Part shown: positions 24,828 through 35,065 of the stretch, piece after piece
Layout: every line of letters begins with the position of its first letter
Position numbering within the stretch: the first letter of the stretch is position 1
IMG/VR virus record: IMGVR_UViG_3300010370_000030
Location: 1-64,000 of that record
Reading direction: 5' to 3' (one strand)
Length of the DNA stretch: 64,000 nt
Source of the DNA: a virus
Translations under genes and position numbers: made by a program
Notes under the pieces: generated by a model
The model's database searches: none
Told to the model about the DNA's origin: nothing
What the model saw: only the letters and a program-made list of their open reading frames with translations

Positions 24828-24904
24828 GCCCTCTTATCCCAATTGGTAGAGGAGACGGTCTTAGAAGCCGTGAAGTCTCAGTTCGAATCTGAGAGAGGGC
24901 ACCA
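24828..24904 (+). tRNA. tRNA-Leu(TAG) with short variable loop
   Basis: ACGGT-CTTAGAA-GCCGT; 5-nt variable loop; CCA. Confidence 0.85.
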
Positions 24905-24910
24905 GATTTT

Positions 24911-24986
24911 GCGGGTGAAGTGTTTACGGTTACACGTCAGTCTTCCAAACTGAAATAGACGAGTTCGAATCTCGCCTCCCGCTCCA
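24911..24986 (+). tRNA. tRNA-Gly(TCC)
   Basis: Cloverleaf, U73, CCA. Confidence 0.9.
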
Positions 24987-24993
24987 GTTTAAC

Positions 24994-25071
<78 letters not shown>

Positions 25072-25073
25072 CT

Positions 25074-25604
25074 TTAAATAAATGATTTTTTTGAAAAGTT
25101 AAAGTTTAGATTTAGACGTAACGAGTCACATTTATTCCACGCTGTGTGCATTACAAAGGGACTAAAACAAAAAACTTTACCTCGCTCCCATTTGTATGTG
25201 GTTTGTTCAACGGTGATACCCAGATCTCCATCTGGAACGATTAACGGTAAATGTACACGAACATACTCCTCGCCTTCGTCGTATTTGTCAGTATGCCACT
25301 GTACAATGCCGCCAGGAAGTATTGCGCTGAACCAAATACCTAACAAATGATTTGCTGGGAAGGACTCTATAAAAGGTATCAGGAACTCCGATCTTGCACG
25401 ACATTTCTCGTCCCATTGAGGATTGCGTTTTCTGATAAATGAAAACGCACCGACCCACTCTGCAGAGGTACCTTTGTCTTGCTTAGGTGATTTAATGATG
25501 TTAAGATCACCAACGCCACTATAAATTCTATAGAAATCATTTTCAATTGACACTGCAGCATCTTCAATTTTATTAGTATATAAAAAATTACTGCTGGTAT
25601 ACAT
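25074..25604 (-). CDS. AspH-like 2OG-Fe(II) oxygenase
   Basis: WHTD...RVHLPL...HTAWN...R. Confidence 0.8.
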   Translation of the reverse strand: MYTSSNFLYTNKIEDAAVSIENDFYRIYSGVGDLNIIKSPKQDKGTSAEWVGAFSFIRKRNPQWDEKCRARSEFLIPFIESFPANHLLGIWFSAILPGGIVQWHTDKYDEGEEYVRVHLPLIVPDGDLGITVEQTTYKWERGKVFCFSPFVMHTAWNKCDSLRLNLNFNFSKKSFI

Positions 25605-25610
25605 TCCCTA

Positions 25611-26138
25611 TCAGCTCCTCAAACTAATAATAACTTCATCTGAATTCCCATGATTAATAATGTCATGGAAAGTTGTCGGATTAACAACGACAGGCTTGTT
25701 ACATTGCATGCTGAAAATAACATCAGCGTCATTTCTTGATAGACCAACAATATCAAATCCTGATGCAGATTTTATTGTCTTTGTTTGACGGTTCGATTTA
25801 GGTACGTACCAGCTCATATAAACGTTGTCGCATTTTGTAATCGGTATGTTGATCGCGGCAGGAGTGAGAACACCTTTTGCATCACGGTCGATATGTATAG
25901 CCGACATTTGCTTCGGTTTAAGGCAAGCAACGGTTACAAAATTTATGAGCACGTTATGAACATGATTGTTCTCATCTATATTTAATACTTTGAAGATTTG
26001 TTGGCGTTGCTCACGGTTGAATGTTGATATGGGGAATGTTTTGTCAAAAAGACGATCATAGTGTACAATATCTATAACTACCTTCTCAAGGAGAGGAGCA
26101 TTATATGTTAAGTTGATCACATCGGCAAAATAAGTCAT
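25611..26138 (-). CDS. Cupin/2OG-Fe(II) oxygenase-like protein
   Basis: IHID...AINIPI...FHDIIN...ISLR. Confidence 0.6.
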   Translation of the reverse strand: MTYFADVINLTYNAPLLEKVVIDIVHYDRLFDKTFPISTFNREQRQQIFKVLNIDENNHVHNVLINFVTVACLKPKQMSAIHIDRDAKGVLTPAAINIPITKCDNVYMSWYVPKSNRQTKTIKSASGFDIVGLSRNDADVIFSMQCNKPVVVNPTTFHDIINHGNSDEVIISLRS

Positions 26139-26171
26139 TGTAAATACAAGTATTGCAAAGAAATTATTTAT

Positions 26172-26246
26172 CTCGGTGTAGTGTTAATGGCAGCACGTGG
26201 ATCTCCAAAATCTAAAGATGCGGTTCGAGTCCGTACACCGAGGCCA
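26172..26246 (+). tRNA. tRNA-Trp(CCA)
   Basis: Cloverleaf, G73, CCA. Confidence 0.9.
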
Positions 26247-26260
26247 CAACGAGGAAGATT

Positions 26261-26890
26261 ATGTCTCATATTGATCATTTAAAAGCTGCGTCACGTACCA
26301 AGCACTTAAACGTTCGTCGCAATGAACAAGTTCCATATCAATCGCATTTTATAATCCCACGTGAGTTTGTTCGTTTGGATCCATGGGAAATTCAATATCT
26401 TTATGCGCTGAGTGAAAATGTATCAGAAGGCATTGTTGAGGTGGGTCGATATAAAGGTGGATCAACGCTGTTGTTCTCTCTAGCTAACACAAAAGTACCG
26501 ATTCACAGTATTGATAATGCACCACAAGATGATGATTATTTGCGCACACTTATGCATACATTAGGCGTAGGTAAAAACGTTAACATTATTGTCGGTGACT
26601 CTCAAAATACAAAATATAGCAGTATCGGTAATTACGATCTATTGTTTATAGATGGTGATCATTCGTATCAAGGATGTCTAAATGATTTGAATAACTGGTG
26701 GGAGCAACTTTCACGCGGTGGACACCTCGTTTGCCACGATTGTTACTACCTTCCTGTTCAAAACGCTGTACATGATTTTATTAACTCTCCTCATGTTAAA
26801 GAAAGCGTTCTAATACACGTAACATACAAAGTCCCAGCAAAACACAAACTTATCCCGACAGGATCCCTATGTCATTTTCAAAAAATTTAG
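26261..26890 (+). CDS. Class I SAM-dependent methyltransferase (Methyltransf_24-like)
   Basis: VEVGRYKGGS...DLLFIDGDHSY...GG..VCHD. Confidence 0.85.
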   Translation: MSHIDHLKAASRTKHLNVRRNEQVPYQSHFIIPREFVRLDPWEIQYLYALSENVSEGIVEVGRYKGGSTLLFSLANTKVPIHSIDNAPQDDDYLRTLMHTLGVGKNVNIIVGDSQNTKYSSIGNYDLLFIDGDHSYQGCLNDLNNWWEQLSRGGHLVCHDCYYLPVQNAVHDFINSPHVKESVLIHVTYKVPAKHKLIPTGSLCHFQKI

Positions 26891-26935
26891 TCATCTTACC
26901 AGTATCATTGATAATGACCAAAAATTATAAAGGAG

Positions 26936-27787
26936 TTGCTCGTGCCATTACCATTGGTAAAAATTAAGAATATTATTCATAATAGTGAAGGGGACCCACT
27001 TCTTGGATTGACTGCTGTCGAGATTAATCCAACCGAATTATGCAACAGGACCTGTGCATTTTGTCCTCGTGTTGATCCGAACGTATATCCAAATCAAAAC
27101 CTTCACATAACACGAAATACTGTCTCAGCCGTTGTAGATGATCTATACAAAAACAATTATAAAGGTCGGCTTGTTTTCTCTGGTTTTGGTGAACCTACTC
27201 TAAACAAAGATATCCTCAATCTAATATCGATAGCAAAAGGTAGAATAGATGATATACAGCTATACACAAACGGCGATAAGATCTTAAATGATGATTGGTA
27301 CACTCTAGATGAATTTTTTGCAGCTGGTGTATCAGGCATGTTTATTGACGTGTATGACGATGAAGTACAGATGAAGAAGTGGCAGAAAAAGATTGAGAGG
27401 TACAACTTTCCTATTCATCTTTCAGCCAAATATAAATTCCCCATCAATATTTTTACGAACCGAGCTGGTACCGTAAAGACAAAAGGTGTACCGCAAGATG
27501 TGTTTGCAGAGCGTTGCTTTCTGCCACATACAAAAGCGTTTGTTGATTGGGATGGAAGTATTTTGTTATGCTGTAACGATTGGGCGCGCGCCGCCGGCAG
27601 ATTCGGTAACGTTAACGAGACCCCTTTTCATAAATTATGGCTGGCACCTGAGCTTAATGCTATAAGGAAGAGATTGATTGCAGGAAGTCGAGCAAACGCT
27701 GGCAGTCCATGCAATGTGTGTAATGCTGTTGGTAATCAGAAGCTCTCTGCCGAAGTACGTCAGGTTTGGCATAATGCGCTTAATTGA
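26936..27787 (+). CDS. Radical SAM/SPASM protein
   Basis: CNRTCAFC, GEPTL, C...CCND...CNVC. Confidence 0.9.
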   Translation: MLVPLPLVKIKNIIHNSEGDPLLGLTAVEINPTELCNRTCAFCPRVDPNVYPNQNLHITRNTVSAVVDDLYKNNYKGRLVFSGFGEPTLNKDILNLISIAKGRIDDIQLYTNGDKILNDDWYTLDEFFAAGVSGMFIDVYDDEVQMKKWQKKIERYNFPIHLSAKYKFPINIFTNRAGTVKTKGVPQDVFAERCFLPHTKAFVDWDGSILLCCNDWARAAGRFGNVNETPFHKLWLAPELNAIRKRLIAGSRANAGSPCNVCNAVGNQKLSAEVRQVWHNALN

Positions 27788-28301
27788 AGTATTGTCAAAA
27801 AGAAACGACATTACTCCTTTCATACAAGAGGTGCTTGCACCGCAGGTACAATCGTTATGGCAGAGCTATGGAAAATCTTTTTACGCGTTCCGTCACACAG
27901 AGTCCATTCGGTTGTTGGGACCGTTTGAACAGGACGGTGCTGTTATAATGGAGAATGTACTTAGAAACAATACAGAGATCGTTGATTTGACCAATGGCCT
28001 TTTTCCAAAAACTGTTGACTGGCTTCAAACAAATTTTGTATCATTGCAAAGAGCTGCTTTAATAAAGCTGTACCCTTTTAAAGATGTTTCCCTTCATGTT
28101 GATCGAGGTGATTATTTTGATAAAACTAAACGTTTTCACTTATGCTTGAAAGGGTCGTACCGATATTTTGTCGGTGAAGAAAGTTTAGATGTTGTACCTG
28201 GAATGTTATTTACATTTAGGAATGATGTAAAACACGGAACACAAAATTTGAACGGAGAAGATCGAATAACTCTTATGTTTGATGTTCTAAAGCCTCTGTA
28301 G
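27774..28301 (+). CDS. AspH-like 2OG-Fe(II) oxygenase
   Basis: LHVD.G.Y...RFHL...HGTQN...RI. Confidence 0.8.
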   Translation: MRLIEVLSKRNDITPFIQEVLAPQVQSLWQSYGKSFYAFRHTESIRLLGPFEQDGAVIMENVLRNNTEIVDLTNGLFPKTVDWLQTNFVSLQRAALIKLYPFKDVSLHVDRGDYFDKTKRFHLCLKGSYRYFVGEESLDVVPGMLFTFRNDVKHGTQNLNGEDRITLMFDVLKPL

Positions 28302-28383
28302 CTCAGTGGTAGAGCAGCGGATTTATACCCCGTAGCGCCAGATAAGCGGCAGGTCGTTGGTTCGAATCCAACCAGAGGCACCA
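28292..28383 (+). tRNA. tRNA-Ile(TAT) with long variable arm
   Basis: Anticodon loop TTTATAC; 22-nt variable region; CCA. Confidence 0.75.
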
Positions 28384-28387
28384 GTTA

Positions 28388-28464
28388 CTGACCGTAGCTC
28401 AGTTGGATAGAGCAACGGATTTCTAATCCGTTGGTCGGGGGTTCGAATCCCTCCGGTCAGGCCA
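28388..28464 (+). tRNA. tRNA-Arg(TCT)
   Basis: Cloverleaf with CCA. Confidence 0.95.
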
Positions 28465-28468
28465 GATT

Positions 28469-28556
28469 GCGGATGTGGCGAAATAGGTGAAACGCAGCAG
28501 ACTTAAAATCTGCCACATAAGAAACGATGCGGGTTCGAATCCCGCCATCCGCACCA
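28469..28556 (+). tRNA. tRNA-Leu(TAA)
   Basis: Class II cloverleaf with CCA. Confidence 0.9.
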
Positions 28557-28582
28557 CCTAAATATTTTTATTTGAGACGTTA

Positions 28583-28750
28583 ATGAACCCTTCAGCAAAC
28601 GTAACAAAAGAGCCTCTACACAAAGAAGAAGATAATGCTTGTGTGATGAAAAATGAATACTATGATATCTTATCAACTGAAGATTGTTTGATAGTAGTTG
28701 ATGAACAAGAATTAGAGATTGGAGAGAATATCATTCTTGGTTATAACTAG
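28583..28750 (+). CDS. Small acidic protein, 55 aa
   Basis: MNPSANV...ILGYN; preceded by CTAAATA. Confidence 0.5.
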   Translation: MNPSANVTKEPLHKEEDNACVMKNEYYDILSTEDCLIVVDEQELEIGENIILGYN

Positions 28751-28758
28751 GATTTGTT

Positions 28759-29226
28759 ATGAAGATGAATATTGATGAAGTAAAAAAGTTTATTCAAAAA
28801 CAATCGGAATCAACAAAAATTTACATAGGTGCTGACTCCGTACGTTTCCAACATAAAAAGAAGTGGTACGCAGAATACACGCTGGCCGTTGTTATTCATA
28901 TTGATGGTCAACATGGTTGTAAAGTATTTGGTGAAATACAAAACGAGCCCGACTTTGATCAGAAGAAAAATAAACCAGCTCTTAGACTTATGAATGAAGT
29001 ATATAAAGTGTCAGAGCTATTTCAAAAACTATCCGATGTGCTTGCTGACCGTCACGTAGAAGTTCATCTTGATATTAATCCTGATGAGAAATATGGGTCG
29101 AGCTGTGTTGTACAACAAGCAATCGGTTACATTAAAGGCACGTGTAACATTATTCCCATGGTTAAACCAAATGCATTCGCTGCATCATATGCAGCAGATC
29201 GTTTGAGAGAGGTCATATCAGCATGA
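28759..29226 (+). CDS. RNase H-like YkuK (DUF458) family protein
   Basis: IYIGADS...VEVHLDIN...KPNAFAASYAAD. Confidence 0.8.
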   Translation: MKMNIDEVKKFIQKQSESTKIYIGADSVRFQHKKKWYAEYTLAVVIHIDGQHGCKVFGEIQNEPDFDQKKNKPALRLMNEVYKVSELFQKLSDVLADRHVEVHLDINPDEKYGSSCVVQQAIGYIKGTCNIIPMVKPNAFAASYAADRLREVISA

Positions 29227-29861
29227 ACATTCTTGCTGCAACAATTAATTTACCGTTGTTAGATAAAGAAAAGGCATTAGTAGAAACTCAATCGGTTGAT
29301 GAACGTTATTGGTTCTATGATACGTATCGTCACACTACCATGCTTCCTGTTATGACAATGGGTGGCGAAATGGGTGAGAAGGGGGCGTCAAATTTTAGAG
29401 AAAAGAAATCTTTTCAATGGACTCCCTATGCTCCACAAACGCTTGTTGATTGGTTTGAACATAGTGTGTTCCCATGGATGGGAATGAGAACACGTATTAG
29501 TATACTTAAAACACACCCTGGTCAAAGAAATCACGAACACATTGATTGCTCACCTCAAGCGTTTGGTTCAAGACAACATAAATTTAGAGTCGTTCTCAAA
29601 GGTCGCACAGACAGTCTTTACTTTGTATCAAAATTTTCACCTATAAGAATGTTTAATTGTGACACGCCCTTCATTATGGATGGTAGCTGGCCTCATGGAA
29701 TGCATAACTTCACCAACGAAGAAAAGTACACAGTAGCAGTTGGTGCTCCTTGGTCAGGTTTAGATAACTACAACAATCTTGGACCTCATATCATTCTACG
29801 TAATCCGATCCTTCTGCCGGAAGATTTGAAGAGATATTATGATCAACGATACTTCAAATAA
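29223..29861 (+). CDS. 2OG-Fe(II) oxygenase-like protein
   Basis: EHID...HKFR...WPHGMHN. Confidence 0.6.
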   Translation: MNILAATINLPLLDKEKALVETQSVDERYWFYDTYRHTTMLPVMTMGGEMGEKGASNFREKKSFQWTPYAPQTLVDWFEHSVFPWMGMRTRISILKTHPGQRNHEHIDCSPQAFGSRQHKFRVVLKGRTDSLYFVSKFSPIRMFNCDTPFIMDGSWPHGMHNFTNEEKYTVAVGAPWSGLDNYNNLGPHIILRNPILLPEDLKRYYDQRYFK

Positions 29862-30462
29862 AGTTGAGTTTTTTGAAGCTGGTGGTGACAAATACAAGTT
29901 CACCATCATAACAAATTTTGATGCTGATAATGTGAGCTTAATTCAATCTTTGTGGGAAAGTTATTCAGGGAACAGGCTTAAACAAAATTACACTCCTGAA
30001 GCACTAAAAAGGTTGCTCCGAGCTCAGCGTTTTGATCTGGGATTCTTTGTTGTTGAGCGAAGCGACTTGGTAGTTGCGTCGTTTGGCTTAACACTATATA
30101 ATCGCTGGGCCGTAGGTACCCGTTACATAAAACACACAAAGAAAATAGAGCCAATAGCTGCAACAGTTATAGCACCTTTTTTAAAAAAGTTCCTCGATGG
30201 GAAAGTCGATGGAATGGCAGTAGCTTACAATAGTGAAGAAAGAAGAACACTTAGTGTGTTCAGTAAAAAAGCTGATCGTGTATTTGTTTATAAGAAATTA
30301 AACAATGACGATTTGAAGCACCTTTATGAATTTAAGGAACTAGATTATGAAGTTTTCTACAGAAAAACTCGCCAACGAGTTTTTTATGCTCCATACAAAG
30401 AGGGAGCTAAACCGGTTTTTGAACGATATACAGGATCCAATGACAGAAATCAGTCCAGTTAA
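29839..30462 (+). CDS. Hypothetical protein
   Basis: ORF track; co-oriented with neighbours. Confidence 0.6.
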   Translation: MINDTSNKVEFFEAGGDKYKFTIITNFDADNVSLIQSLWESYSGNRLKQNYTPEALKRLLRAQRFDLGFFVVERSDLVVASFGLTLYNRWAVGTRYIKHTKKIEPIAATVIAPFLKKFLDGKVDGMAVAYNSEERRTLSVFSKKADRVFVYKKLNNDDLKHLYEFKELDYEVFYRKTRQRVFYAPYKEGAKPVFERYTGSNDRNQSS

Positions 30463-30676
30463 GTCCCTAAAAGATTTTCAACGAGATGTAGAGAGATTAG
30501 CTTTTGAAAAACGTATCGATTTCATGGAAGCCGTTCTGCTTTATTGTGAGCAGACAGGCATGGAAATTGAGACGGCTGGTAGTTTGATTAAGTCGAGTGC
30601 AAAAATGAAAGCTCGGATTCAAGATGAAGCCGAGGCACTCAACTACTTCCCTAAAACAACAAAGCTGCCTTTGTGA
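30440..30676 (+). CDS. 33: Late transcription coactivator gp33
   Basis: F..DVE......FMEAVL.YCE...E.E....LI....KARIQDEAEALN; synteny with 59 and 32. Confidence 0.85.
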   Translation: MTEISPVKSLKDFQRDVERLAFEKRIDFMEAVLLYCEQTGMEIETAGSLIKSSAKMKARIQDEAEALNYFPKTTKLPL

Positions 30677-30690
30677 TGTTTGCGCTACGG

Positions 30691-31278
30691 ATGGACGCGT
30701 TCGAAGCATATAAACGCTACCTTGCTCTGAAAAGTCATTTTACCACCGATCGGTATGACTTCTTCAAGTACAACGGTGCAGTGAAGGCTCAACGTGATAA
30801 GTTTGAAACACGTAACGACAAGTACTTTTTTCATAAACTATCAAAACACAAAGATCTAACTAACTTTTTAGTAGCTTTGTTTGTTTATGGTAAACATGAT
30901 ATGTGGATTGGTGATGTCCTTCGTAATGAAGAATCAGATAAGATGTATCGTGAGTGGTTACGTGTAAAGGAATCATTGACATATGTTTTTAAAAATGATA
31001 TTGAGAAGTTTAATGAGGATCTTATAAGCAGTTTTGTGGTGACCGACGGTCAACATCCCCACGCTCTTAAACTTTTACTGCGAAAAGAAATTCACATTGA
31101 AACATTTATTATTATGAACGACATCCTTAGGTTCAGTCCTATGTGGAACCGCGAGATTAAAGAACAGGCTGTGTGGCCTGATGTGAGGAAGAAGTGTAAG
31201 AAGTATTTTCCTTTCATGCAATATGACAAAGACCAACTCAAAAAAGTTGTTGTTGACCGTTTTAATGTTAGTCTGTAA
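30691..31278 (+). CDS. 59: Helicase loader gp59
   Basis: YLALKSHF...YDFFKYNG...RNDKYFF..L...IETFII. Confidence 0.9.
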   Translation: MDAFEAYKRYLALKSHFTTDRYDFFKYNGAVKAQRDKFETRNDKYFFHKLSKHKDLTNFLVALFVYGKHDMWIGDVLRNEESDKMYREWLRVKESLTYVFKNDIEKFNEDLISSFVVTDGQHPHALKLLLRKEIHIETFIIMNDILRFSPMWNREIKEQAVWPDVRKKCKKYFPFMQYDKDQLKKVVVDRFNVSL

Positions 31279-31286
31279 GATAAATA
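31252..31286 (+). promoter_or_regulatory. Overlapping early-type and late-like promoters of gene 32
   Basis: GTTGACC-N17-TAAGAT overlapping GATAAATA. Confidence 0.6.
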
Positions 31287-31350
31287 TCTGTATCGTTATG
31301 ATACTGTGGACACGCAAATACAAATCACACTTTTATACAAGGAAATATAC

Positions 31351-32259
31351 ATGACAATCGATTTCAAAGCCCTCAAAAAAGCTAGCGCCACCTCTCTGCA
31401 AACTGCTCAGAGCGCTGTTGAAAAGCTAGCAACTCCCTCAACCAAGCCTCAAGACGACGATCGTTTTTGGCGACCCACTGTGGACAAAGCTGGTAATGGT
31501 TACGCTGTTATTCGTTTCCTTCCTGCGCCTGCTGGTGAGGACGTTCCGTTTGTTCGACTGTTCGATCACGCGTTCCAAGGTCCTGGTGGTTGGTTGATTG
31601 ATGGGTGTCTTACTACCATTAACGAGAAATGCCCTGTATGCGAGCATAACAGTGCTTTGTGGGCAACTGGTTCGAAAGAGAACCAAGACTCAGTACGTAA
31701 ACAGAAGCGCAAGTTGTCGTTTATCAGCAACATCTATGTTGTGAAAGATCCTTCCAATCCCGAAAACGAAGGGCGTGTCTTCTTGTTTAAGTATGGCAAG
31801 AAGATCTTTGATAAACTTAATGCAGCAATGAATCCTGAATTTGAGGATGAAGATTCAGTTAATCCGTTTGATTTCTGGACGGGTGCTAACTTCAAGCTCA
31901 AAATTCGTAAAGTTGAAGGCTATCAGAATTACGACAAGTCTGAGTTTGATACTCCGGAGCCTCTTTTGTCTGATGATGATGAACTCGAGGCTATTTGGAA
32001 GCGTGAATACTCTTTGCAGCCGTTCCTGGATAAGTCAAACTATAAGTCGTATGACGATATCAAGAATCGTCTGAATAAAGTATTGTCGCTTGCTATGGCA
32101 CCTGCTGCTAAGTCTAATGCTTTTGAAGATGAAGCACCTGTTATGCGCGCAGCAGCTCCGAAACCTGCTCCTACGAAAGCTCCGAAGGCGGACTTGCCAT
32201 GGGACGAGCAGGAAGATGAAGACATGCTCCTATTCCAGAAGCTGGCTAGTGACGACTAA
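31351..32259 (+). CDS. 32: Single-stranded DNA-binding protein gp32
   Basis: DDRFW..DKAGNGYAVIRFLP...CPVCE...YGKKIFDK; acidic tail. Confidence 0.95.
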   Translation: MTIDFKALKKASATSLQTAQSAVEKLATPSTKPQDDDRFWRPTVDKAGNGYAVIRFLPAPAGEDVPFVRLFDHAFQGPGGWLIDGCLTTINEKCPVCEHNSALWATGSKENQDSVRKQKRKLSFISNIYVVKDPSNPENEGRVFLFKYGKKIFDKLNAAMNPEFEDEDSVNPFDFWTGANFKLKIRKVEGYQNYDKSEFDTPEPLLSDDDELEAIWKREYSLQPFLDKSNYKSYDDIKNRLNKVLSLAMAPAAKSNAFEDEAPVMRAAAPKPAPTKAPKADLPWDEQEDEDMLLFQKLASDD

Positions 32260-35063
32260 GCACCAACTGCACCTATAAACTCAGCGCGCCCTTGCGGTCC
32301 ATTAGAGGCTGCAAGGGCTTGCGTTGTATTATGTGCAACGATAATTGTTGGTGAAACTGTTGGTTTTTGTTTTGCAGCGTTAACAGCTGTCGATGCTTGT
32401 GCAAGCTGTGTTCCGGTTTCATTGTGTCGAGGTACGATTGTGTTCATGCTCATATCCGTACCCGAACGAATCATACTAACAATAGTTGGGCCTCTGTTGC
32501 CTACTTGTTTGTACCACAAACTATCCTGTAGGTGTGCGGACGCCGTATCGAAATCACCAGCTTCGAGAGAACGCGTCGTATTAGGAAACTTGTTGTACCA
32601 TGTGTTGCCCATATTAAAGGCTAGGTCTATCAAAGCGGCTTTGCCTGTTTGATTCGCTTTATCATAACCAGGACCTTGCTCTGCTCCCTGCTTGTGTTTA
32701 ATGTAATCTTTAGCGAACAGGGCATCAACTTCTTCCATTGTAAATCGTCTGTTCCATTCTGGTGGCAAACTTTTCCCATCACCAATAAGATGTCCTACAC
32801 CAACAGTCCATAACCCAAGACTGTCTTTGTATGGTGATAGCCGCACACCTTCATGTTTTTTAATTAAAGCCATGATAGGCTTATCTTCAGGCGTTATTGT
32901 AGGCATAGACACGGGTTTTCGAATAGGAGTACCAGACCCGCGGCGAGGAATATTTTGAGTAGGTGTTTCGGGACGTGTAAACCATCCCCTTATAGATGGT
33001 ATGATTCCCTTTCTTGGGGTAGCATCACTTTCATTCGGGACCGTAAGAGGGGTACCTTGCATTTCCGTCGCAGCTTTATCGTAATCCATCTCTGTGATAT
33101 AGCTAGACTTCAGTTCATTTTCAACTGCTTCTCTTACCGTGTCGTAGATGAACTTCCACCGTTCTGCTTTATCAGGAGCCGGGTCAGATTCTGGCCATTC
33201 ACCGAATTCCTCGTGGTAGATATCACGGGCCATGTTTGTTATAGTAGCTGGAATAGCTGTAACAAATGAACCAAATGTACCTACAACCTCCACACCAGCC
33301 CCGACGGCATCACCTATCACTATTCTATAAGCAATAGCAGCAACACCAAGGCCTAACCCTATAACAGGAATTGATTTGACGGCTGCCTTGGCAGCAGTAA
33401 CCGCAAATCTTTTTGCGACCGTTGCAACAATTTTTGGTTTATTTTTTACAACATCGGCTAGTATTGGTTTTGGTGTTACAGAGACGCTAGGTTTTTGTAT
33501 AGGCTCTGGTGTAGGAGGTTTTGGAGGTTCAGGTGATGGTGTAGGCGTAGGCGTAGGCGTAGGAGGTTTTGGAGCTTCAGGTGCTGGCGTTATTCGTTTG
33601 CTTTCGGATTCTCTGACTGCTTGAGCTAAAGCAAGACGTCTAGCTTCACTTGCATACTCTGCGTTTACTCGTTTGTAGTCCGCGTCGTTTGCAATCCTTG
33701 CTTTCTCAGCTTCAACCTTTGCTCGTTCCGCATTCACTCTCTCTGCTTCTGTTGCAGCAGCTTTAAGTCTTTCATTAGCGAGTTTTTCTTGACGTCTTAA
33801 TTCTGCAGATCTCTCTACATAGCTCTTATCAAAAGTATCTCTAAGTTTCCCAAATTCTTGCCTTTGTTTCTCGAGCGCATCAATCTCAATTTTTAGTTGA
33901 GCAGCGCGAGCTTGATTGGCCGTTGCAGCAGCTTTACTTACCTGCTCGGCTTTTGCCGTATCTGCGTTTAGACGAGCTCGTTGTGTTTCCACATCGGCTT
34001 GGGCAGCTTGAACTCTTGCGCGTTCCGTTTCAATATTACGGCGGTCAGCATCGACAGCAGCTCTTTCTGTCTGTACCCTCTTTTGTTCTGCTTCAACTTT
34101 TTGTTGTTCTGTTTTTATTCTTTTTTGTTCTTCAGCCTGTTGAGCAGCAACTTTTTTTCGTTGTTCTTCAATTGCATTTGCACGTGCTTCTGCTTCAGCT
34201 CTAAGTTTTTTGTATCTTTCTTCAGCAGCTGCCTTCTCGGCGGATAGTTTTCTTTGCTCGGCTTGTAATTTTCTTTGCTCAGCATCTAAAGCCGCTTGCC
34301 TACGAGCAATTTCACGATTTATTGCAGCCTGTCTTGCTGCTTGTTGTGCGGAAGGACCCCTTCCAACCCCAGCTCTGCCGCGAGCTCTACTCTCTTGTAA
34401 AACTCTATTTGATATTCTCCGTGCTTCTTGGGGCGAGGCACCATTCCTCAAAGCCCTGTTGTAGGCACGGCGCGCAGCAACTCGTGCTCGTCTCTCTGTT
34501 TGAGCAGGGGTTGGACCACGACGTTGACCGGGTGGTTTAGGAACCGGTCTTCCACCAGGAGGTCTACCAGGAGGTCTACCAGGAGGTCTGCGTGGTGTTC
34601 TTCTTGGTGTTCTGCGTGGTGTTCTTCTTGATCTTCCTCGACGACCAAACAGATCTAAAAAGTTATCAAAAAAGCCCCCAACATCATTATTGTCCTCTTC
34701 TAATTGTTGGTTAAGTTTTTTAACCGACGATGGACTAATTTTTATCTTTTTCTTTTTCTTACGAAGATTATCAATTTCTTTCAGAACTTTATCTGTCTCT
34801 TCTTGTAACGTAACCTGTGCGCCCATTGCCTGAGCAAGGATCTGCACATTTCTCGATATAAGGATAAAGTGTTTTTCTATGTTTGATAAAGATGCGCGAG
34901 TTGTACGAAGCTGTGTTGTTACTTCCTCGATATACTCAACGCGTTTTTGTGTTCTTTCTGCGCGCTCTTTTTTTAAACGCGCTTCACGTAACACATCACC
35001 AAATGAACCCAGTCCTTGTTCAAATTTTTCGCGGAGAACCTCTTTCATTACGCTAGTTACCAT
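32256..35063 (-). CDS. Tape-measure / baseplate-hub-like protein with T4-lysozyme (GH24) domain
   Basis: Long coiled coil; IKKHEGVRLSPYKDSLGLWTVGVGH; located downstream of 26/51. Confidence 0.75.
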   Translation of the reverse strand: MVTSVMKEVLREKFEQGLGSFGDVLREARLKKERAERTQKRVEYIEEVTTQLRTTRASLSNIEKHFILISRNVQILAQAMGAQVTLQEETDKVLKEIDNLRKKKKKIKISPSSVKKLNQQLEEDNNDVGGFFDNFLDLFGRRGRSRRTPRRTPRRTPRRPPGRPPGRPPGGRPVPKPPGQRRGPTPAQTERRARVAARRAYNRALRNGASPQEARRISNRVLQESRARGRAGVGRGPSAQQAARQAAINREIARRQAALDAEQRKLQAEQRKLSAEKAAAEERYKKLRAEAEARANAIEEQRKKVAAQQAEEQKRIKTEQQKVEAEQKRVQTERAAVDADRRNIETERARVQAAQADVETQRARLNADTAKAEQVSKAAATANQARAAQLKIEIDALEKQRQEFGKLRDTFDKSYVERSAELRRQEKLANERLKAAATEAERVNAERAKVEAEKARIANDADYKRVNAEYASEARRLALAQAVRESESKRITPAPEAPKPPTPTPTPTPSPEPPKPPTPEPIQKPSVSVTPKPILADVVKNKPKIVATVAKRFAVTAAKAAVKSIPVIGLGLGVAAIAYRIVIGDAVGAGVEVVGTFGSFVTAIPATITNMARDIYHEEFGEWPESDPAPDKAERWKFIYDTVREAVENELKSSYITEMDYDKAATEMQGTPLTVPNESDATPRKGIIPSIRGWFTRPETPTQNIPRRGSGTPIRKPVSMPTITPEDKPIMALIKKHEGVRLSPYKDSLGLWTVGVGHLIGDGKSLPPEWNRRFTMEEVDALFAKDYIKHKQGAEQGPGYDKANQTGKAALIDLAFNMGNTWYNKFPNTTRSLEAGDFDTASAHLQDSLWYKQVGNRGPTIVSMIRSGTDMSMNTIVPRHNETGTQLAQASTAVNAAKQKPTVSPTIIVAHNTTQALAASNGPQGRAEFIGAVGA

Positions 35064-35065
35064 TA

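Noticed and set aside
24169-24953. ORFs overlapping the tRNA cluster (likewise 20941-21386 and 28136-28381)
   Set aside because: Antisense or spurious translations of tRNA and tmRNA genes
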